Source of the DNA: Bugula neritina
Lineage: Eukaryota; Animalia; Bryozoa
Reading direction: 5' to 3'
Assembly: GCA_964035545.1 (NCBI GenBank)
Contig: OZ037772.1
Location: 9,231,150-9,295,149, forward strand
Length of the DNA: 64,000 bases
The stretch's first letter is position 1; each line of letters begins with the position of its first letter. A model generated the notes under the pieces. That model saw only the letters and a program-made list of their open reading frames with translations, was not told where the DNA came from and made no database searches. Shown piece by piece: positions 50,094 to 62,000 of the stretch. The position numbers and the translations under genes are program-made.

Positions 50094-53000
50094 ATGGCTG
50101 CCCTTGCTACCACAGAAAAGGTATTGCTAGTGATTTTGTTTGTAAGTGACTTGGCGGCTGCACAAAACAGACTTTCACCGTGCTATGACTCACAGAAAAA
50201 ACCACTTCGATGTGAACCCATCTTTTCAAATCCTGCCTTCGGACTACCTGTAAGTAGGCTGTATTCATAATGATTGTTTTGATCAGATGAAATCAAATTC
50301 AAATTGAGTAACTATTTCTACAATAAAAATATTTAATAAGATTTGTTATTATAAATTTTTAAAGCTGCTTTTATTTATAAACTGCAGATAAATTTTAGCC
50401 TAAAAGTACAATATGCACAAGTTAGTGTTACCAGTATTTTGGAAATAAAATTTGATTATCTTAAAAAGCATTATCATTATGATTATGTACTTGTAGTACC
50501 TACTACAGTACTAGTAGTACCACTTGTAATTTCATTAATTAAGACTGGCAAGCACTATTGAAAAACAAAAACCCTGTAATGTATGCGGCTTCTTGAGTTT
50601 TACAAAAACACACGTAATTTAGTTTTCTTTTCTAAAATCTAAACATATTTAATTTTCAATGCTGTACTGTTCTTATCATTAACATTTTTTAATTTGTGAA
50701 TGCTTATATTTAAAATTTTGAATTTGATTTGAGTAATTAAATTCCAATATTATTGCAAACAATTAGATTTAATTTCATGAGTTGCAAATACCTTTCCAGA
50801 TAGATGCAACCAACACTTGTGGCGAGTTGGTAAGAACTGATCCGTATGGCCAGTTTTACGGACCTTTGAAACTAGAAAGCTTTAGAAGATTTTACCGACA
50901 GACTGGTGCTACTGGAGCCACCAAAGACAGCGACTACTGTGATGCCAACGCTGCCGATCCATCTAAACGACATCCTCCTAAAAACATGGTGGACTTGGAT
51001 GGTGGGTAGAACTCATTTAAGAGCAGTAGTGGAGAAATTGAGATAGCCTAATTTCCTTAATATTATTAAATTTTAGTTTGGGTGTTGAACATAACTTCTT
51101 ATGCTACATTTTTAATTTAGAACACAGGCTTTTCTCAATTTCTTCATTACTGCACCTACCTCGTAGAACTAAATAATTTTTTTTGTTCACTAAGTTGATG
51201 TTCACATCAGCTGCCTTTTACCAGAATAAAGAAAGTATCTTTTGTTCTTTTAGACATCAATTTGTCTGTAGACTTCAAGCCTTCTCTGTTCCAAATAATG
51301 GCAGATTTTAGCTTAACTTTTCATATGCTTTATTTAAAGAATTGTTCTCCTAATTTTGGCAATAATTCCGCTAAACTCAGACTTCCCATTTTGCTGTCTA
51401 AAGAAAATTGCCTTGCTACCAGCTGATATGTTTATATAACTGCTGCCTGGTCAAATATAGCTGACTTGAAGAAAGACTAGTGTTGGCTGTCTAATTAGAC
51501 AGCCAAGGTGGCATTTTCAGTTGTAACAGTAATTATAGTAGATTGGCAGTGCAATTAAGATGTTTCACTGGAATAATAATTCCGATGCTCCTTTAGATGT
51601 ATTTTTTAGTAAATGTATATTTTGACTCAGTTTAAATGTTTGTCTGCATGAGTTCGTAGTTGTTAGAATATAAAAATGAGTATGAAAAGGTATATTGGTA
51701 AAATTATTAGATGGTTTGGAAGATGCGATGTTAGTGCATTGTGAAATTATGTTCTTCAACATAGCAGAGCGTACTGCAGCATTATAAAAGTTATCGTTGC
51801 AGCCATGCAACAGATTTTTGTCTTTTATATCAAAAGAATTATTTTGAATGAATCTGTTTAAATACTAGGGTAAAATTTATAGTGTATGTCAAAATTTTCA
51901 ATGCTGAAAGTTATAAATAGCTAAAGATGATTAAAAACATAAAGTACTCCCTAAGGCTTGCTAACATCTGCCCAGCAAGTTGATATAGCAGCAGGCATCA
52001 CCTTGGCTGATTGTAAGTTCAATAGGCAGCATCATCTCCGGCAGCAGGCAGGTAGTAGTAGGTCAGCACTAACTTGACACTGACTAATATAGCTCTATCT
52101 GCCTGGTTCCTGCCATATTTATGGGTTCTAAAGGGGGGGTTGAAATGCGTGCCCAGTACTGTGCTAAGTATCAGGTTTCCCTATGGCTAAGAATGGAATA
52201 AGAAGTATGTCCTATATGATTAGATTAACTGACCACATATAAACAAAGAGTACAATGAATCTAGTGATGGTTTGCTAGCTCAAATGAAGTGGGTCTTTAT
52301 TAGTAATTAAACAAAAGATTCTATGTTTAATTACTGAAGTTTGTGTAAATATCGGCAATGTAGTTTTATTGACCCAAGTCCAAGTTGTTGGAGTCCTTGC
52401 ATCATCAGAAATGAATTTTAAACAAATATTGTTACATCTTTAGAATAATATAGTTGTAACATAGTGGAGTTGAGGTGACAGTTTCAATGCTAGCTGTCCT
52501 GGTAGATCATTCAATTCTATTTCAGTTTTAATTTTTAGTTAGTAATTAAAATGCTGCCAAAATGAATAATTTTTATGTGTATAATTATTCACAGAGTGGG
52601 ACTGGAGTTATTTAATATTTTGAAAATTATTTTTGTTTTCAGCTGGACACAACAAAACATGGTGGCAGAGTATTACACTGTATGAATACAAGGAGAGAGA
52701 AATTGGGGACATGGTACAGGCTTCAATCACATTGCATCTGGGTATGTTTTATTAGTAAACTATATATATTCATTTCGTGTGTGTGACTCTAAGTGGGATT
52801 GTGACTTTGAGTGCGCCTGGATATGACTGTGACTGTGAGTGTGAGTGTGAGACTGTGGGTATGATTGTGACTTTGGATGTTTGAGAGTGAGACTGTAACT
52901 GTGCTTGTGAGCTCACTAACGATACAAGTATGATTCATATGTCGAAGCGTTTGCGATGATTACTATTATGCCAGACATCCAAATGTCTCATATTTTCAAG

Positions 53001-56000
53001 TTAGAAGTTTAAAGTAATTTACAAAGTGCCAAAGTAAATAGTTTTTAGCTAGCTAAAGGAAGTTACAAATTTACCTGTAAAATGGATATGTTGTTTTCTG
53101 AAAATGTGACTCCCTAAACATCCAAGATTCAACAACTATGACTTCAACTTTCACATCTGCCAGAGTTTTTAATGTAACTGCATATGAAAATTTCAGACTA
53201 ATAAACAAAATAATGTAAGATTTGAATTCAAAATTCAATACTAATTCTTCAGATACTCTAGTTATAGTCTTCATAGTCACTCACTCACTCACTCACTCAC
53301 TCACTCACTCACTCACTCACTCACTCACTCACTCACTCACTCACTCACTCACTCACTCACTCACTCACAGTCACTCTGAATCACTCATGATTAAGTTAAT
53401 TGGTGTTGCCTCAAGTTTCGGAAACGTTACTAAATATAACTGAAAGAATCTGACTCAGAACTTTCTCTGTGTTCAGTGCAGACGTCAGCAGTTTGTGATC
53501 TGCTCTGATTTGTGCACTCTGTGCTGCAAAGCTGCTCGTCTTCACAGGAAATGCTTGATAGTGAAAGAGCTGTTTATACTAATAAAGGCACAGTGTCTTC
53601 CTGTACAGCCAAGATCACGTCATACAGTTACACAGTCAATAATTGTATGCAGGGCTTGCGGCCATATGTAGACTATGTGTGCAGATGTCTACTAGCTCAT
53701 CGTACTGCATAAAATACTCTCAGTTGTGCTGTAGGCAGTTGCTCTATTATTTCTTGCACTACATTTTTTAAATTAGAGCTTTTCAGTGTTTGAAAGTAAA
53801 CACCAAGTGCTTGCGCACTACTAATAATGAATAATATGTCTTCGCAAGTCCTAAAATTTTGTTGGGTTTACAAGTTTTATTTTGAAACTACTTTCTGATT
53901 TACAAAACTAACCCTTCGAGTGGCTAATTCATTTTATAGATAAGTTCACAGTATCACATCTCTTGCCCCCCCCCATCTCTTGGCCCCACATCTCTTGGCC
54001 CCACATCTCTTTGCCACGCACCTCTTGGCCCTGCATCTCTCTTGGCCCTGCATCTTTCTTGGCCCCACCTTTTGTGGTTCCACCCATTCTGTTGTCTAGT
54101 TTAAAAATAACATCCATGTTGCACCTTCCCTATGAAAAGAGTTAGTTTGTGTTGGTTTATTACACCTGATGTTAAATCTAGCTCATCAGCTTATATACAG
54201 CAATTAGCTTTATGGCCTGTAAACTCTGTATTGATGAAAGCTTTATTACCTACTGCTTTTCTCTCCATGTGTTTGTAAGATTGTATAAAGGAATCGGTCT
54301 GGAAATTCATGAAAGGCTCTTGTAAAACAGCATTTCTTCTAAATTGGATAAAATAGCTGTAAATCTCAATCTACTAACCCATAGTCCAGTGTACCTCAGT
54401 AAGTGATACTTTCCGATTATTTACTCAGAAAATATATATCTGCTGAGTCTACATGGTTAGGAGATGATGTAATTAGTAGGTTTGGATACAACATAAAATA
54501 TTTACATTTCAGCTGCTGATAATGTCAAAATATTGTTTCCTCAGACTGATTCACAGTTGAGTCAATGTAGAGGAGAGATTTTATATGATAAACTATACTG
54601 TGTTAGCAGTAACACTGAACTTTTGGTGTACATAGGTAGTGGGGTTAATATTTTGGAGAAAATTTTGTAATATGAATGTTAATGTTTACTAAGAGTTTTT
54701 GTTCTTCTGGAGATTTTAAACCATAAGAAACATGAAGAACTTGGGCTATTGGAATTTCTCCTTTACTGACCTTTTTATTGTGTTGTCAGTTTCTCATTGG
54801 TTCCAGAAAGACAAACTTTGCACACTGGTGCCAAAAATAATAGAAAAATGCACATTTCACAACATAACAGATTAATCAGATTGATCTTCCTTTCCTCTAG
54901 ACATGTTAAAATTCTCTCTCTAGACTTAACTAACAGCTTATTGTTGCCCAAAGATATAGCAAGTGGAGATAATTCTCATGTCATATGTGTATAATTCTAA
55001 AGTCACACATTTACAACCGGTCACTTTGTTATCTATTATTACTACTAATTTGTGATTATTGTTAAAAATGAACCCAAATGCCAAATTTTGATGCTTTAGT
55101 AATTTTACACACACCAGCTGTAAAAATGAAGTTGCTAAATATTTGGAAAAAAAATATTGTGCTATTCTAATTTTTTAAATAATATCTACATTTTTTTGAA
55201 AAAAGTTTTTTTGAATTTCAAAAGCTATTTAAATAACTTTCCACAAAAATGGTGATGATTTTTTCTGAAATTGTAGCCAGAATGTATAGCTGTATATTTT
55301 GTTGGCGTTTTTTGAACAAAAGAAATTTAAAAACCTCATTCTGTAACTTCTGTACAGGCAAGGCATTTGAAATCACCTACATTAGACTGATATTCCATTC
55401 ACCTCGGCCAGAGAGCTTCTCCATCTGGAAGAAAACTACGGACACGTCTGATTGGGAACCCTACCAGTACTACAGTGCTAGCTGCCTCTCCACCTTCAAC
55501 CTCCCTCAAGATGTAAGGCTATATTTACTCTCTTTGTTAGTTTATGGCAGCAAAGTCAATTACGTCATCCGCCGAAATATCAAATTTATTTTCAAGCTAT
55601 TAGTTTTTGATTGAAAATTAAAACAAATCAAAAAGAAATTTTTATAAAACACAATTTCTGAAATTTTTTTTGGAGAAGTGTTGACATTTAACCCTAACAG
55701 CTGCTACTTAGACTATATATGTTGCATATATTCTCAGACATGAAAGTCACACTTCACAGGATGTTGACATTTGACCTTAAGTTGACATTCACAGGCTAAT
55801 GGGAACATTTTCAGCGATTTTATGTTGTGGTATGCTTAAAGTAACTTCATTGTATAAACACCAGTCACTTAGCTATAGTGATGAGGAATTCGTAGTAGCC
55901 CAGGGCATGTAAACTTGTAGTTGATACTACTACTTTCCCACAAAGGAGGTGAGGCAGGGGCGTAGGCAGAGGTAAGGGGTGTAGGTATGGGGTTGTTGAA

Positions 56001-59000
56001 ATTCTGGCAGCTGTTTTAAATGCAATTCACTAATATTTTGCAAAAAGGTTAACAATTAAGTGAATGATTAAATTTTTATTGAGTGTCAACAACCTAATTT
56101 TTCTGCTCTCTTGTTCTGAAGGTTGGAAACTCTCTTTCTGTTGACAGGGTATAATAGACACTCCAACCAGAGCTATCTGTACGAGAGAGTACACTCATAT
56201 CTCCCCCCTCAGTGGTGGAAACGTAGCCTTTAGTACTCTGGACAACAGACCAAATGCATACGAATTTGACAGAAACAAGCTGTTGCAAGTGAGTTTGGAG
56301 TTATTCTCTCTTTTGCATGTTTAATTTATTTTGAAAAAAAATGATCAATTACTGGTTTTTGTAACACATTTTTCATCAAGCTTAGTGTTGAGTGTTTTAA
56401 TCTTTTAGTATTGACTTATTATAGCTGCTGTTAAGTAAATATGTGTTTGTTTAAAATCTTTTTCCAGTGTCTGTTTTTAAATTACAGGCGTGGACTTATT
56501 TTATTGGGAGTTGTCATTCCTATATAAATAGTAGTGTCGGTATAATATAATATATAAAATTTCTTTTCTCTTCAGAGTTTAGATGCTGATGCTTAGTGAA
56601 AATTCTGTAATAAGTTCTTATCGATAAAATACACACCAGCACTTTTTTATTATGAAAACTTTCCTACACAGAATTGTGCACATAATTTCAGTAACTTGAA
56701 TACTTTTGAAGTTGTTATATATTTTCTGAAGATTTACATTTTAAAATAAAACTAAATTAAATTGTACACCTACTGTTGATTAGCCTTTAGTTGTTTCCCG
56801 TTTCTGTTGTTCAACCAATCAGATTCTTTTGAAGGAGTTTGTGACGGCCACAGCTATTCAGATTAGACTCCGAAGACTCAACACGTTTGGTGACGAGGTG
56901 TTTGAGGACACGTCAGTTCTCCAGTCTTACTACTACGCCGTCTCAGAGATCTCCGTCGGTGGAAAGTACGACCAGATTATCTAGAATATTCTGTATTTTG
57001 TATCCCATGCTTTTAATTTCAAGTTTAATAGCTGATGTTGGAAATGCTGAAGTTATTTTATATAGATTTGAGAATTTTAAATGGTGAAACTATTTTACTG
57101 AAAAATTTCAATTTGACAGTTTAGTGTGGGACAGAGTAAGGCATTTTGATATAAATAACACATCTAATATTTGATTGCTGGCATTTTTTGACATAGAAAT
57201 TTAACCAATGAGACGCCTCATAAACTAAAGTAACACTCACAATTTGTTGCTAATATACATATATAATGTCTCCACTTTTATAGTCTATATTATTGCTTCT
57301 AAACTTTAAATATAGAACAGCGTTATATCGATATTAAACGCTAAAATCTTTTTGCATAACATCATTTTATATGATAGATCTTTTTTTAATTAAAATGTGC
57401 ATCTAAGCATATTAAAGCTCTTTTAGATCATGCATTACAACCCTGGTCATTGTTTTACATATAATTTCCTTATATAACAGATGCAAATGCAACGGCCATG
57501 CTAACGAGTGCGTGCAGACCAACTCCCTGGACGGTAACTCGAGACTCGTGTGCCAGTGCCAACACAACACTACCGGCCCAGACTGCAACCAGTGCCTTAG
57601 AACTCACAATGATAAGCCTTGGGCCCCCGCTACTATACTAGATGCCAATGTGTGTCAAGGTCAGTGAGGAAGGTTCTAGGGCTGTAGACTGAGAACTACA
57701 AGTCATCTAGTTGTAGTTCTTAGTTTGAATCAGTTGTAGATTATGGTAATGGAGCTGATGTGTGTCTTTGTATCTGTCTTCTGTCTTTACAGCTCTTCTG
57801 TTTGGCTGATTCATTTTCGATAGTTTTTGATTAGTTATATTCAATAGCTTTTTTCATTTAGCCTTAAAATCAAATTCTACAATACTCTAGCCATGTAATA
57901 AAAAATTTTTTTTATACATTTATGTTTTATGATGAACAAGATTATGTTATATTTGTGCAGATATTTTTATTTGTTTATTTCAGTTGGTCATCATTATTTC
58001 ACTATTGCTAGTTATTACGTGGAGTTGTTCTTCCTTACCAATTCATTCTAGAATCTTCCTATTACTGATGGCTTAATCATGATTTTTTATCAAATAATTG
58101 TTTCTATTTCATTCCTTTGTTCTAGAAGTTTCTATTTTTTCAGAGTGCCAATGTAATGGCCGGTCTAGCATCTGTAACTTCAACCAGACCCTGTATGATC
58201 GCACCGGCTCCGGTGGGTATTGCCAGGACTGCCGTGACTTTACAGACGGACCGCACTGCGAGAAATGTCGCCCCAACTATTTCCGGAGAGATCCTGCAGA
58301 CGTGTGTTCAGAGTGCCAGTGTAACGAGATCGGTGAGAGAATACCTGTGTTGGAATAGTGTCATAGTGTCGCAGTGTCATGGTGTCATAGTGTCATGGTG
58401 TCATAGTGTCGCAGGCGTGTTCAAAAGTCTGATTTCTTTTCATGGTTTTGACTAAAAAAAATAAACTTCAACACTAGTAGAAATCTATAGTCTGTATTTA
58501 TAAATGAGTAATTGCTAAAAAAGCAAAAAGCAAAAATAGGCTTTTTTCAACTTATTGAAACATAAAAAAACTTATTTATGCCAAATTATTCTCAAATATT
58601 TTACCTATTATTATCGAATAGAGTGGAAACTTAGAAAGAAAATGTTTCTGTTTAAAGAAAGTGCTGTTTATCTACTGCACTCTAGTATTTAGCAAAAATA
58701 AATTAAATTTCCATTCAGTATGTTTAAGTATAAAAGTTGCTGTGGTAGTTATCTTCTCATTATCGCTCTTCCATGTTGCCTAGGTTCCGTGAATTTGCAA
58801 TGTGACAACAGCGGGCAGTGCAGATGTAAGCCCGGAGTAACTGGTCCAAAGTGTGACAGATGTGAGGCTAACTACTATGACTTTGGGACATATGGATGCC
58901 GACCTTGCGGCTGCGTGGAGGCCGGCAGCTTTGACAACACCCCCTACTGCGACAGCATTACTGGCCAGTGCAACTGCAAGGTGGGGAAACGACTCCCAGT

Positions 59001-62000
59001 TAAAGATGAATTTTTTATGCGTTTTATATAAAGTTGTGACAAATCATATAAAATATTTTTCACTAATACATAGTTTTTTGTTACTTTAGAAGAATAAAAA
59101 GTGGAGATGAAAAAATAAGAAAAGCAAATATTGTGCAGAAGCACTTTAATATCAGTTATGATTTTAGGGGAATAAATTATAAGACTTGTAAATTTTACTT
59201 TAATAAATTCGAAATGACTTTGTGCATTTCAAAATTAATGCAGTATATTGAACAGGTATTTTTGTTGTTGTATTTCTACTCTCAATATTCCAATTTCTAT
59301 TGGCTTTGCAGATGAATGTGGAAGGCCAAGACTGTGGTACATGCAAACCCGGATTCTTCAACCTTGACCTTGCAAACAAATATGGCTGCATTGCCTGTTT
59401 CTGTAACGGCAAGACTTCCCAGTGTACATCAGCTACTGGATATATTGGGGCTTTTGTCGACAGCTACTTTGACGACAGTGAGTGTTACCATAGCAACCTG
59501 GTCAAATAAGGAAGGGACAACTGTAATTCTTAATGTAGTTTGACAGCACAACTATTTAAGGTTGTATTTTGTCGGCAACTGTGTTTTCATGCTTTTCTTA
59601 TTCAAGGTTGAAGTTTCCAGCGTTTATGTCCTGATTTGAAGTTGATTATGTAACTTTGTTTATTATTTGAGGCAACCTGTGTTGTGCTTGGGTTTAGATT
59701 ATATTCGTCTTAACTATCATATCTGTTAAAAGCAAAAGCACTAATTAAGTTGCTTGTGCACGTTCATGTACTTATGGTTACAAAAGCAATTGGTAGAAAT
59801 TATTATATTAAATACATGTAATTTCCACTAAATTATGTAATTATTGTAGGAAATTATCATTTCTCCAGCTGTAAGAGCTTTCTTTCTTTTTTTGCTAGAG
59901 TTGACAGCAAATGCTATCAGCTCGTAGTCAATGTAGCAATTCAATAATTTTTTCTTTAATTTTTGTCAAACAGATGCTGAAAGATGGACCGCAGTGAATG
60001 AGCGTCTAGGAGACGATGTGCCTGTCGTTTACAATTCGCTCACAGAAGATTTAGAAGTGTCATCCAATGCCAGCACTGGCGTAGAGATTTATTTCAGTGC
60101 ACCTGACGGGTACCTTGGCGACCAGAAATATAGGTTAGTATTGACATGGGATGACACTTTAGTGCAGGTTGTTAGTAATCCAGTGAGCTGCTGAATACAG
60201 ACTAAGAAAACTAAATATCTGTATGTAACTTTCTTAGCTTTGATGGCTGTGATGCTTTGAAATTTGATTTTTTTTTACTTAGCTTGCTATTTATAGTACT
60301 TATGGGCTTTTCTTCAAAAACTTGGAATTGTCTTTCCTATAATACAAGTTGATTTTAATTAATTATATGTCAGTATCCAATTAGGAGGCCTATAATATCA
60401 ATTGATCATTAAGTCTGTAATTCATTAGTTGAACCTGCACTTCATTTGTTACTTTCTCATAAAATGATATGTTATAATATTTCTTTATTTTATACTTTCT
60501 CCTCTAAATAATCTGAGGTAAATTTAATTTTATCAATTTTTTATTCAAGTTCTTTACTCACAACTAGAAACTTACCGTCTGTTATTGTGTTAAGTAGCTC
60601 ATTTTTTCTGCAGCAAAAAATGAAAATTTAATTATATTTCTGTTAACTGGAGTTGTCTGCTACTTTAAACTTCGACACAGAAAATGATACGGTTTCTATT
60701 TTAGCTACAATCAGTTTCTGGAGTTCTCACTGCGGATGGGTGAGAGCAGTTCCGCTAACCCGACAGCCAAAGACGTGATACTCGAAGGAAATGGACGTCA
60801 AGTTTACTTGCCGATATTTGCTCAGAATAATCCCATTCCTCAAACAGAGTTGCAGATATACAAGTTCAGGTTAGAGGTTAAAGGTTGTAGTGGAGCATAT
60901 AAAATCTATTTATAGTTGATGCTAATTGGAAGACTAAAATTATAGTCGCAATAATTTTTAACTCAAAACATTTGAAATTGAAACGAGAAATTTCAAGTTG
61001 GAATTTGACAAACACGTTTCAGGTGTAGCTAAATAGCTCAACTTTTATTTCATGAAAAAAATATGTCAAACAGTAAGAGAAATAATTTGTGCTGCAGGTC
61101 ACTTTTTAATTTAAAAGCTGAAATTATATTTTTGTAAGATTGTAACTACCTGATCCATGGCAAATGCCCCACAAACTGTTCATTATGACTATTAACTGGT
61201 GAATTATAATATAAGCTAGAATATATATTTTATTTTTAGCTTAAATTTTGCTGAGTCATCGAAATTCTTTTATGCTTAACAAATGAATGATCTTATGTGG
61301 TGTTTTATAGACTGAATGAACACCCTTTCTATCAGTGGACACCAACTCTCTCAGCCCTGGAGTTTCAGAGACTGCTATCCAGTCTAACTGCCATAAAGAT
61401 TAGAGGAACCTACAACCTGAAAAGTTTGTATAAGTAATTCTCGAATACTTCTCGAAATTTGTCACATTTTAAAAGTTGATATGCGTATAGCTGATTTTAC
61501 ATAATGTATTTTATTATAAGCTTTAAAGTGGTTAATGCCTTTTTAATTTTCAATAAAATTCGATGACTAGTTTTTTACTACCAAATAAAAGATTTGTATG
61601 CTACAGAATCAAATTTTGAAAATAAGCCATTTTTGACTTATTCTGAAATATCTGAACTTACTTCAATGCTTTTTGGTCTTTTTCTTAAGCATTAGTTTAG
61701 ATTTTAGTGCAATGGTTTATTCTCGATAGGTTCCGGGTATCTGGACGACGTGAAGCTCCATACGGCCCACAACGGCCAGCAGATAGGGGACATAACTTCC
61801 ATAGAAAGATGCGTTTGTCCTAAACAGTACATCGGACAGAACTGTGAATCGTGTGCCCCTGGTTTCAGAAGAGAAACTCCATTCGGTGGGCGGGCCTCCG
61901 AGTGTGTCCCTTGCGAATGTAACGGACACTCTGATACGTGCGATCCAAATTCTGGTAGGTCGGGGCGTGACTCGAGGTTTCTCAAACCAACTTAAAATAC

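Noticed and set aside
50094-59477. Netrin as the identity of the LN-LE gene
   Set aside because: More than three LE modules followed by an L4 domain and the NIDxNAV motif indicate laminin gamma.
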